Below, in pieces: positions 1 through 12,283 of a stretch of DNA of 64,000 nucleotides. The notes under the pieces are model-generated. The model did no database searches. It was not told the DNA's origin and saw only the letters and a program-made list of their open reading frames with translations. The position numbers and the translations under genes were made by a program. This DNA comes from Bigelowiella natans CCMP2755. Lineage: Eukaryota > Protista > Cercozoa. Positions within the stretch are counted from its first letter, which is position 1, and every line of letters begins with the position of its first letter. The DNA is taken from the NCBI GenBank assembly GCA_000320545.1, contig ADNK01001114.1:1-64000 (forward strand), written 5' to 3'.

Positions 1-38
<38 letters not shown>

Positions 39-66
39 AGAGAGAGGGGGGGGGGGAGGGAGAGAG
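1..66. repeat. (AG)n / poly-G microsatellite in a PRKDC intron
   Basis: Direct reading of the sequence. Confidence 0.95.
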
Positions 67-651
67 ATCAGCGTTTACCGGATGAGCTCATCGGAAGCGA
101 ACAACTCGTTCAGGTTGTGCCTAACCTCGCGCACGAACTTGGTGGCGCTGGCCTTTGGGACGAGGTTGGAGCTCAGCAGAAGGCCGAGAAGCTCCGCCGC
201 CGGACGCCGTAGCCGTGCATATCTGGGGAGGAGGGGGAGGATAACGTCGATAGTAAGTGGTAGAGTGCCGAGCTTACAAATACGTGAATGTGACCAGTAA
301 TTTTCACCTACGATAACAGTAGGAAGAACTATTTCTACCACGGCTATTACTTGTTTGCCACATTCGCCATGACAGCCTGCACGAACATCTCCGCCGTGAT
401 GTCATCACGCTCGAGATGATCCATGGGGCCCAGCTTCAGCTCCAGCATTATCCTCAGCAGCTGGATTCCCACCTGTCGTCCCAAACCACAAGCACAAACG
501 CCCTCAGCCACGCGCGTGTATACGTGTCACACGATGTGCGAGTGGAGCAAGAATAATGGTGTGCACTGCACTCAGTGCCCCCACGCTCGTGAGGAAGGGA
601 GAGGGGCAGAGAATGGAGAAGGAACAAACGAAGACAGAGATGGATTGAAAC

Positions 652-699
<48 letters not shown>

Positions 700-3552
700 A
701 GAGAGCCTGACCAGCCTAGGTGCCATCCCTTTAAACACGGCCGCTGATGCCGCACCACTATGGTGCGCGAACCCCTTTCCTCCTCCAGAACCGCTAGATT
801 TGAGCTCCGCGTTGAGATAACCCATGATAGGTTTGGGGTTCAGCTCAAATGTGGAGTGGCGCTTCCATTGCGTCATCACAGCTTGCAGGAGCGCGAGGTT
901 CGATCGCAAGCGCGCTGTCGTTTCCCCGCCGGCCTGCAGCCCCACGTCCGAGGCGCGCTCCGCCAGCAAGTTGATGAAGGCGTTCGCGGGCTTGTTCACA
1001 GGATACCCGCGGGGGAGGAAGAAACACGACGACGACGATGACGAGGCGGAGGCAGCGGACGGGGAGGACGAAGATCCCCACTCCAGAAACAAGTAGCAGA
1101 CGTCGCGTAGCAGGTAATGGAAGCCGTGCGCATGGTTCTTCTCCGGTGGGAGCGTCACGAACTCGATGATAGGCTCGAACCAGTCCTCGGCAAACGGCGC
1201 GAAGAGCGTGTGGCGGTTGAGGACAAGTTTCAGCACAAACCAGCGCACGTTCGGGTGCGCGTTGCTGTTGGCCAGCGCGTCGCGGAGGCTGGCCATCCAC
1301 TGCGGCATCACGCTCGAGGACGAGGAGGATGCGCTGATGATCATCTTCTCCTCCATGTGACTGAGGATGACGCAACGGGAGAAGAAGATTATTAGAGAAG
1401 CTGTGTTTGGAGAGGAGTGTGAAGCCAGGAAGTGCTTTGATATAATGGTGATGGTGATGGTGATGGTGATGGTGATGATGAGTAATCGCAGTAGTGATTA
1501 ATAGAGAGTTTACATACTCGAGAGTGCTCAAGAGCGTCGTCATCGCAGAATTCCGGTTGATTTCGTCCATCTCGAGCTGCTCCTCTTCACCGTCTTCCTC
1601 ATATACACCTTCTTCATCATCACCTTCTCCAACGCCCTCCTGTTCCATAGAATCACCATCCTGATCTTTCTTCTTCGCATCATCCGCAGCGTTGACCTCC
1701 ATGGCGGCCATATTTGCGTCCTCGCCAAGGCTCATCACGTCTACCAGAAATCAGCGAGAAAAAAGGAAATGAGAAAACGATTAGTCTCCTGTTAATCATT
1801 GTTATCCCATAATCATCATTGTCGTCAGCGGTCGCGGCAAAATGGACTACCGATATTAACCAAGTCCGGAGCGAGGGAGCTGTCGGCTAGGAACTGCGAC
1901 ATTTTGCCGCGATTTAGAGACGAGGAAGAAGAAGAAGAAGAAGAGGACGAGCCCCCTCCCATCAAATTATCCTTACTGCCGCGGTCATCGTTGACTCTCC
2001 GCAGCGTGTCCACCTGATTGACCTAGACATGACGTGCACGCAGTGAAAATATACGTCATCATCCCATCCCCATCCTCCTCCTCCTAATCGCCATCACTTG
2101 CCTTATTCCTTACCTCACGGAAGTTGGTCTCGATCGTGAGATGCACGGGCGTGATCGTGCTCACTATGTTGTGCCATAGCCTCTCCCCTGCAAACGCATC
2201 ATACATAGATGGGGTAGTGGTATTGATGATGATAATGATGATCGACTTTCTACCACTACTACTAATAGTAGCATCTAACGCCAACACACGTGCTTTGGCC
2301 ACCTTTGAACGAATCCTCCTTGAAGAGGAGGAGAAAGTAGAACTTCTCCGACGACTGCGTCCGGCACACAGTCGTCGACAGGCACTTGTAGGCTGACGAG
2401 CAGAACTCGTACGCCGCTCTGTGAAAGACGACGACGACAAGGAGGAGGCCAGAGGAGAAAGGACGAAAATTGAACGATAGATAACATACGAGTGTTGGTA
2501 GTGAAGGGGTGTCATGTCATCATGCACGCAGCTATATCAGATATGCGTTCGCCAACTGCTGCAACTGCGCGCTCCTACATCTTGGTCTCCTTGGGGCTGC
2601 TATCTTCTGGGAGCCGCGTCTTCCGCACGTGCGCGTAGGCCGTCTTGCAGAGAAGCTTGTGGGAGATCTTGAGCTCCGTCGCGATGAAGTCCTTGTCCAA
2701 GCGCGCGTACATGATGTCCAGCAGCGCGTAGCCGCACTCGACCTCCAGCATCTGCAGCTGCTGGCTGGCGGGTGGGTTGTTGGGGTTCGGACACGTGGGG
2801 GCGGAGGCGCAGATAAGCTCCCACACCCTCTGGCTGTACTTTGCGAAGAACTTCTTTACCAGGGAGACGGGCCCTGCGCGCAGCACCTCCACGCACACGA
2901 ACTTCACTACGAATCGCCGCGCGTTGTCGACCTGTGGGAAGAGCACAATCATGCACATACACACGCGCCCGCGTACGCACAAAATAGGCAAAATACCGGG
3001 CTCATATCGATATCCTGGTCGAAGAATATGTCCATCGCCTTCTCGCACGCCTCCATCCCGCGCTCCACAGCGCTCGGCCCCATTGGCGTCAGCAGCTTGC
3101 TCGCGTACACCTTTAGAGGCACAACACCCAAAACCACAAATGTGAGTATATTTATATACATACATATGTATATGTATATATATATATATATATATTGGCT
3201 CGCGCTGACATAGCACAGCTATCATCACCTGCATCCACTTCTTAATGAGACGCCAGCACAGGTGCTGGCGCTCGCGAAGGTAAGGAAGTAGCTTGTGCAG
3301 CAGCTCGAAGCTTCCAGAAAGAGCCACAGCCTTCAGGCACTTGTCGAACAGAGACGTGTATTCCTGCCATCCCGCCTTCCCTAGCATGTCGCGCGATTTC
3401 ATCGGGAATCCTGCGGTCAATTGCTCAACGCCCTGAACGATGGTCAAAAAGTATTGCTATTATCATTATGATTATGATTATTGTTATGATGATTATTATT
3501 CTTCAAATTTTCTCTTCTTTCCTCTTCCTCTTCCTGCTTTTTATCATCATCA

Positions 3553-3587
<35 letters not shown>

Positions 3588-6500
3588 ATGATCATCATCA
3601 TTGTTACCACTCCTTATCAAAATCAACACCGTCCTACCTGCACGATGGCCTTGATCGCCTTGGTATGCCCCTCTCCTCCTCCCTTCGTCTCACGGCACGC
3701 ACAGAGCAGCGGCCCAAGCACCTCGGCTGCGGCTTGCTTGAGGGTCAGCGCTGCCTTCCGCGACATGCATTGGCACAACACCCCTACCAGAAATTGGGTG
3801 TGCGCGCCCTTCTCCTCCACCACCGACCTCTTGGCGGGAGCTGCTCGGTCGCGCAGTAGTTTATCGAGCGTGAGAAGGCGGTCCAGCAGCGTCAGCAGCT
3901 GCTCGGCCAGCCCGGCGTCGCGCGGCAGCACAAGGGCAACCTTGCCCGACACCTCGCCCAGTCGCTGAACAACTGCCGCTAGGAAATCCGCGGCCATCGC
4001 CTGGCACTTCTGCACCTCCTGCATGCCCAGGAGGAACATTTGCTGCTGGGAGGAGGGGGAGGACGAGGAAGACCGCACACGTCGAAAGGAAGATGCGCGC
4101 GTGGCCGCGGCCACGCGCGCGGTGCTGTGCTCACAGAGATTGAGCAACAGGTCGCGCAAGATGACCCCGTCCGCAGAAAACATCGGCTTCAGGATCGCCT
4201 TCGCGTACTTGGGGAATTGAGCATAGATAAACTCGTCGACTACGGGCTGAAAATTGTCGTAGAATAGACGCCCTTTGCTCAATCTTCGGGGCGAAGAGGG
4301 GAAGGGCGACGACTTCTCCTCGCCCTCCTCACCGTCGTCAAGGGCCAGATCCTTACAGGTAACGATGGCGTAAAGCTTGCGCGGGGAGGCGCCAAGATGA
4401 AGCCCCAGCCGTAGTATTCGCGACGCTGTATCTGCGATCATTGGTGGTAAGGCTAGTGGAGAGTTGTCGGAAGAAGAGGTCGACGAAGGATGCCGTTGCT
4501 CCTGTTTTGAAGATGGCGAAGAGGAGGAGCCATCTATCCCTTTTGCCCCCTCATCTTCTTCGACCTCCATGCCTGTTTTGGTGTCGTCTGCCTCCTCCTC
4601 CTCCGCGTCGATTTCTGTTTCGCCTGCCTCGTCAAGCTGCTGAAGGCTCTCAGCCTGCATTTGGCGCCTCGCCCTGGCCTCCTGGCGGTAGTGTAGCACC
4701 GGCACCTCTGCGACGGCGAGAATGAGCTTCTCTGCGAGTTCCTTTCGCTTGGCCTCCCCCACAGCCGCCTGGAACAGTCCGTTGCGGTTGAGCGTGTCGT
4801 AGGCGTGCACCAGCGTGGCGGTGTTGCTAGTGTGGGCTAGGAGATAGGAAATGTCCAACCGCTCGAGGGAGCTGTATTGCTCTCCCTGCGCGTTGGCAAG
4901 GTGTCTCTGCAAGCCCTTCACGGCGCCGTTTCGCACGCCGCCGTCGTGTTTAAAAGCCGCCAGCAAGTCGCACACAGCTGCAGCAGAGTCGATGAGGACT
5001 CTGCGGCGGTCGAGGCCCTTAAATCCGAATTTCTCGTCTCGGGGAGCCATAAGCGCCTCAAAGAGGAGGCGATAGAAGGCGGGGCTGAGCACCGACCCGA
5101 TTAGCGCGGCACAACGCGAGGGGTGGTGTTGTAGCAGCGTGTGTACGAAGCGAAACAGTCTCACACAAGTCTTGCACATCGCCTCTTGGTACCTGATTTG
5201 TTCGCGCGGAAAGAGAGTCGGTGTTAGGGAGAGGGGGGGGGGAGAAGAGAGATGAGAAAGGAGGAGAGGAGATGATGGTGAAGCGGACGATTTGTTGGAG
5301 ATGAAGAGAACCAAAGAAGCAGAAGAAGAAGTAGAAGAAGGAGCAGTCAATGACTTTCAGGCAACAGAAGCGAGGACACCATACCTCTCCAGCTCGATCG
5401 GATCAAGCGCGCGTGCCCAGCCCCTGACCTTGTCGCTGTGCACGACGTCCTCCAGGAACGCCCCAACGCTCTCCAGCAAGTTCGAGTTTGTCGTCTTGGA
5501 GAGCAGATGGTGCTTTCCGCTGAGGCACTCCTCGTCATTGAGAAATCCAGACCGTAGCACCCACGTGTAGCAGTCGAGCGCAGTGGCAAGACACGTCAGG
5601 TAGTGCACGAATCGGGGATTTGTCGACCTGAAATCCTGGGGGAACTTCGGGGCGCGAAGAGGCGCCCCTGCGCCGTGGTCCTTTGCGTCCACCGTGCCGC
5701 CCCACTCGAAAACCTCCACGAGCTTGTCCAGCGTGTTTTCCGAAAGGTACTCGGAGAACCAGGACTTTATGCCTTTGTGTGATGGACGGACGGACGGACG
5801 ATGAGGGCCGAACCGAGGAGAAAGAGGGGGGGGGCGAGAGAGAGGGAGAGGCAGGAAGGAGGAACGGAGCATGAGAACAGCGAGTGGTTATCTTGTGTAT
5901 TGTATAATGTGCTACGTGTGTATGCCCTATTGCTACTTGTATCAGCATTTCTACCTTCACTACTAACTATACACTGCTACTACTACTACTACTACTACTA
6001 TTACCACATGATGATACCGAACGCAAAGACGACGACAACGATGACGACGATAACGAGTTCGAGAACCTTCCAGCCTGGCCTTCTCGTGGTTCCCTCGATT
6101 TTCGCTGCTGCCGGGATGGATGACGGCGTGCTTGGACTCCGCTTTGGCTTCGTGGTCCCCTGTCACCACCAGAGCAGCGAAGGCCTCGAAGAGAACCATG
6201 ATATTCCGGCGGCAGTCATCCTGAAGCCTCCCAGTGTTGATGAACAGCCATTCGACAAACGCTCGCAGTGTTTGGCAATGCTGCTCGCCCGTCCGGCCTT
6301 CCTCCGGTTTGATAAGCAGAGTATATCTACGGGCCTGGGGGTCGGCGACGATGCGCTCGAGGTTGCGAAGTACCAGTTCCGCCTCCGCCTTCGTTCCCAA
6401 GCTCTGCGTATCGCGGTGGGCCGTTGCAAGACAGCTCAGCATGACGTCAATCATCTCGAGCACGTACCTTCATTATCGGCGACAAGGACGAGGGAGACGA

Positions 6501-9164
6501 GGAGCAGTGAGGGGGGGGGGGGGGGGGGAGAGCAGCAACAGAGAGGAGAGAGAATGGTGATGAAGAAGGAATATTGTTGTGAAGATTTGTCAAAATCATT
6601 CCCAGAGGCGAGGCTTCCAAGAAGGTTTTAAAAAACTCAGCACGCTACAATCACTAACCTGCAACGACAGTTGCTAGTCCCTCTACTACCGCTACTATTA
6701 CTACTACTTCCACCCAAGCCTACCTCGAAACCAAGTCGGCGTGCTCTCGGAACGTCTTATAGATCTGGTTGATCGCGAGGCAACCGCCCAAACGCTTGAA
6801 CGCGTTCGGGTGTTGGACTAGAAGATAAATCCGCCGCATGAGAGACTTTACATTCACTGGCTGCTGTTGCTGCTGCTGCTTCGGTTGGTGCTGCCCACCG
6901 CTCTGCTTGCTACGCCTCGACTTGCTGCCGGCGCCCTTCTTCGTGCTCCTCCGCTTGAAGTTCTTGATCGACCACTTGAGGAACTCCGCGAGCATCTTGG
7001 CGCTGAACCGACGGAGGCCGGGAGAGCGCGGGCTGCCCGCAGCCTCTGTGATAGAGTCTAGGAGGGCCATGGTCTCGTCTTGCTCCTGCTCCAGATTGTT
7101 CGTAAACCTTCATTATTATCCAGTTTCAGAAGGTGGTTTTCGTAGCGCACCCCGTCGTTGTAAGTGGAGGACAAACCATTCATTTCCACAGCACAAGACC
7201 CCTTACCCTTAACCCCCCCCCACACGCACACGACCTCACACAAACGCACACGGTAGGCTCTACCAGTGGATGATCTGCTCGATGAAGGGCCGGAACAGCT
7301 GGCGTGCGACCTTCTCGAAGTCGTTGGCGAGACGCAGAAGAACAGGAAAGATGCGCTTGTAGAGCTCCGCGAATTTGAAGCTGCTCGCGCGCTTGCCCTT
7401 GCCGCGGTTCGGGTCGCGCGCGCGCTGGGCAACCATGTATATCACGATAGCGTGCAGGGACTCGCACGCTGCGATCTTCATATTGCGGTCGGGAGATTTC
7501 TCTGAAAAGAAGACGAGTGGAGGGGGGGGGGGATATGGAAGGAAATTGGAGATGAGGTACTATTGAATGATGATAGATCCACTGCTAACAATATCCGCTA
7601 CTAGTCAATTGTACAGAGGCTGTTGTTTTAGTAGTAGTAGTATTAGTAGTAGTGGTAGTAGTAGTGATAGTAGTGATAGTAACAGTAATAACAGTAGTAA
7701 TAGTAGCGGTTGGAAGGACAACGTAAAAGAATAAGGAACTACACTAATCGCAACCTGCAAGATGGCAGATCCTCGGCAAGATTCCGTCCAAGTGCACATG
7801 GAGTTTCTGCTCCGGAAAAGGGATATCGAAGCTAATGTGCTTCTCCGTGTCCCACGCCATGCCCTCCTTCCCCTTAAGTTCGTCGTCGAGGATATATCGG
7901 CTGAAGCCTCCAATCCTTCCGAGAAACTTGAGGATCCTCACGAGAAGCCGGAAGTGCGCGCTCGAGGCGATGTTCACATCGTTGGCAAATTGTTCTATCT
8001 GTTGCTGCTGCTGCTGGTCGTCGTCGTTGCTGCTGCCCTGCGAAAGGTGATGTCAATGAAGAGGATATGTAAGTGCGTGGCGAGTACTTCAACTTAGATA
8101 CGGCCACTACAAAATGGAAAAAGCATCATAACGAGAGCACAGACGGTTTCTTCTCTGCATCTCGAGCTGCTCATTATTACTGTATTACTACCTGATCGGC
8201 GTAGACGGCCTTTTGGCCGGGAGAGGAGGAAGCAAGGTAGTCGTTGAGGAAAGGCACAATACGGCCCACGTACAGCTTGAATACGCGTGGGAGCAGCCGC
8301 TGCCACTTCTCGACTACATCCATCGCAAATGCCGCCGTCGCGTGGTGGCTGAGCCCGATTTTGAACAAGCGCTTGATCGCGGGCATCAGAACTGGCACGT
8401 CCACGAGTTCCTTAGGCACAGACAGCACCATCTTTGCGATGGAAATCGTCAGGTCCTCGTCGGAGTACTGCGTCATCCTCAGTGCGACCGAATGCAGGTG
8501 TCGCGAGAACTGCACCCAGCAGAACCTGGGTTTGCAAGGGGGGAGAGAATAAAAATGGGGAGGCGGGGGAGGAGGGGATCGGGTTTAGAAGAATCGTTCT
8601 CAACTTCAGAAAATTAGAATTCCAATGGTGTTCTGTGTTGCTGTGACGAGGCGAAACTGACCTCCTGTTCTCGACACTATCGCTGCTGCCGGTGTAAACT
8701 TCACCTTCTTCCTTTCTCTTACTCTTCTTCTCCTCTTTACCGTCATCATCTTCGTCCTCCCTGCCCACGATGACGGACGCATTGGAAGCCAAATCAATGG
8801 AAAGATCCATGCTTCCGCTACTAGTATCTTCAAATTGATATTGCGAGTTAAGTGACAGCCCAATCTCGCTCGTCAGGCTCGACTCCTTCGCCTCAACCAA
8901 CATGCCCCCGCCACCGTCGCGCGCGCGCGCGACAGCCGCCCCGCTGGTGTCCCTAAGCGTCATTGAGAAGGAGGGGAAGGAAGACTCCAGTTCCATCTGC
9001 TCCTCTAGCTGGCGACTACGCAGCTCGGTTAGCTGGTCTTGCACTACGCCGATGTCCGCGAAGTATTGGTACCGATCGCAAACCTAACGGCGAGGGAGAG
9101 CAGCAATAGCGGCGGCAGCAGCGATAACATCGTATATAACGACAACCACCCGATCATCATCAAC

Positions 9165-9197
<33 letters not shown>

Positions 9198-11146
9198 CAT
9201 CAAGGATATTACGACGAACGACGACGGCTACAAGCCAGCAGCAGCGACGCCAGGCCTCGGCAGGCTGCATATGATACATACCTCGAAGATCACAGCCGTC
9301 ATCTTGTAGAAGCCGCTCACCATGGGAAACTGATCGGAGAGCGAGCGCAGGGTGCCACCGAACTTGAGGACCCACCGCCTCAAATGCTGCCCGCAGGAAT
9401 TCAGCCTTCTCGTCGTCGAGCCCGCCCCTTCGCCCGTCCCCACCACGTCGCTGGGCTGCTGCTGGTCGTCATACTTGGAAGAAGAAAGCTTGGCCTTCTT
9501 TCGGGAGTATCGGTTTTTCAGGTTTGAATTGGTGACGGAGAGGGGCTGATAGAACAGTAAGTCAAAGAGCTCCACGAAGTTTAAGAACAGCTCGAAGTCC
9601 TTGGGGTTGCTCGGCCGCATGGCCTTCTCGTTGGACCCACCCGCTTGCTGAACTCCCGCTGCTTGTGGCTGCTGCCGTTGTCGCGGGTCTCCCGTCACCG
9701 CTTCGTCCTCATCCTCCTGCTTCTCCTTATTCTCGTCGAAGATGGAGGAGAGGTCGAAGCGCTGCAGCATCCTACAGGCGTTCTCCATCCAGCTGTCAAA
9801 GAGCATGGCCTGCATCGCAGTGATAGACGTCAGCCCCACTCCTACCTCGTGTACCCAGGACGACCGAAAGGTGTGAGGTGTGAGGAGATTCTGCCAGAAG
9901 TGATTGTATTCCTCGTAGCACAGTCGCGGGAGCTCAAACCCTTCGGTCTGAAGCGTTGTCACACTCACGAGAAGGGCGGGATAGATCGCCTTCTGCACGA
10001 GCTGCTTAAACACGACGCCTCTCTCGCTCGCGACGGTTAGCAACGCCTTGAGGTTGTCGCAGCCACGAGAACGGCTGCGTGAGTCAATGCTTGAGTAAAG
10101 TCTCGCGAAGCGAGAGATGAGCGCGCCAAGATGCGACGTTATTTTCGGATCGATCTTCTCCATGTTCTTCAGAAAGAGCGCGAAGGCCATGAAGAATCGC
10201 CCAAGTAGTCGCTGCTCACGGCGCGCGCGCTCCATAGGTCCGCAGAAAATGAGGGCACTAGTCTCAACCAGCTTCTCAATGAGCTTGCTGAGCTCCTCTG
10301 CGCCCATGTAGTGGCGGATGCATTGGGCGAGGTGACCGAGGTTATTGACAGCGAGAGAGATGTCCACGAAGCTACGTTCAGCCTCGGAAGAAGGAGAGAG
10401 CTTGAGAAAGAAGAACTTGACCAGCAACGGAATCATCTGGCGAGCGTGCGCTTTCACTCCATCGTTTTCTGTTTCGCAGAAGACCTCCGCAACCTGCATG
10501 ATTATGGCCTTCATCGCCTGCGCTCCCACTTGGCTAATTTGCTGGTTGTGGTGCGCCCAGATAGGCTTCATCACCGCCACAATCTTTTCGATATCCCGCG
10601 CCAGGCCATCGCGGAACAGGTATGCGTGCTCCCGTAGCAGCATAAGCGCGCCCCGGAGAATATCGTGGCGCTGATCATTCACAGTGGTCAGTCCCACAGT
10701 GATAAGTTGGTAGAGGAAAGATCTACGCATGCAACGGATGCGGTTCTTCTCGGGCAGCGTCTCGCTAAACTCCTTCAGAAAGTAAGATAGGCCCTCAAAA
10801 CAACCGGAAAGGATGGCGCGTTGCTGTTTTCCCTTAGACTTTGTCTCTTTCTCAAGAGATCGCATATAGATGTTGATGATGTGCTGAGCGTAGTCGCGCA
10901 TCACCACGGGATGCTTCCAGGCCATGAGGCCGATGCATTTTAATAGTTCTCCACGCACTCCCTGCGGTACGTGCGTCGGTCCCAGCTTCAGCTGCCTGAT
11001 CAACTGCGTTGCATAACCGTCGATGTCGAGGTTTTCATTGCGAACTATACCGGCGAGGTGAGGGAAAGGGAAGTGACAAGGAGGTCATGAGAGAAAGGAA
11101 GGGGAGTACTACGCGTGCTCTTGTACGTTTGCAGGTGTTGTCGCAA

Positions 11147-11191
<45 letters not shown>

Positions 11192-11866
11192 TTGTGTTTG
11201 AAGATCAGTACTATCTAGGTAGAGAAGCAGAGACAACAGCTCCAGCGCGGCCGCTCGGGCCTTCGCACTCTTCTCAGCCCGAACCATCCGCATTGCAATA
11301 TTGCCGAGATCAACAGCCGAAGAACTGGTACGGGAAATAAGTGAGCAGACAATCTTTGACACTTGGGAATGCACAATTTTAATGTTAATGAAATGAAGCA
11401 CCTGATTCCCTCTCTTACAGTGTACGTGTACTCAGCTAAGAACCTCATGATCAGGATTCGAGCGTTGATAGTGCTGAGATAAATCATCGCTCAGAGATGT
11501 CGTAAAAGTTTGTGAATTCGAGGGTGCCTTGCGTCGCCAGTGAAGCTCTTCGCGACTCCTAGAAGCCCGTCTTTTGGATGGAGCAGCAATCCTTGACAAG
11601 AGTCTTGCTCTGTGGGAGCGATATCATACCTGAATATTACATATCTGGTCAGGTACTTCCATCACCTATTATTACCCCTGTTTTCCAACCAACCAGGTGT
11701 TGATGACATTGATGACATGTCCCTCCATCTTGTCGTCGCGTGAATCTCTAACTTTGGCCAGATGCCTAGAGATCTCCTGATAGGCAAAGCCTTCATCGCT
11801 CCGAGAACGGGCATCACCTCGGCGGAGCTCACGCTCACGAATACGGTGCTCAATTCGTCCGATCAT
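1..11866 (-). CDS. PRKDC: DNA-dependent protein kinase catalytic subunit, multi-exon; N-terminal ~2300 aa, gene continues off the left edge
   Basis: Spliced exons match DNA-PKcs motifs in the correct order: AWDTEKHISFDIPF...HLDGILPRI; DRNMKIAACESLH; ELYKRIFPVLLRLANDFEKVARQLFRPFIEQIIHW|FTNN; LRRFSAKMLAEFLKWSIK; VNVKSLMRRIYLLVQHPNAFKRLGGCLAINQIYKTFRE; FLADSSL; LEMDEINRN; FHYLLRDVCYLFLEW; VGIQLLRI; PAAELLGLLL. ATG at 11866. Confidence 0.96.
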
Positions 11867-12283
11867 CCTGTCTCCCGGGCGAGACCCACCAACCGAAAGA
11901 AAGGCGAGCTCGAAGAGGCTGGGGAAAGCCGCAAAGTCCCCAACGCGTTCCTCGAGGAGAGAGGGACGCGGAAGCTTTTTTCAAGAAGCCCTTCGCGCGT
12001 CGGGTTGGAGAAATGACGAAAAAATCTAAACGCTATTCCTTTTTCATACTGCGACAATCGTGCTGAGCATCATGCCATCAGAAAGCTCCTGCGCGGGAGC
12101 TTTGAAAAGGCGACAATGCATTCTTGAAGGCGCATTGCTCAATAATCTTGATTGTTGTCAGATATTCGGTGCGACTTGAATATTATCCTTGTCGTAAGGA
12201 GAGGGTGGAGGACTTTTTCTTCTATTACGACGACAACACTGACGCGCCCCCACCCAAGCAATTAAGGAGGTGCTGGAAAGGAA
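11867..12283. promoter_or_regulatory. Putative bidirectional promoter (417 bp) between PRKDC and CWF19L2, with a central near-perfect palindrome
   Basis: Divergent ATGs at 11866 (-) and 12284 (+). AAAGCTCCTGCGCGGGAGCTTT at 12082-12103 is flanked by GCGACAAT at 12051 and 12110. Confidence 0.55.

Noticed and set aside
6460-7125. Two consecutive PRKDC introns ending in ATAATGAAG
   Set aside because: Short match in an AAT-repeat-rich context; likely chance.
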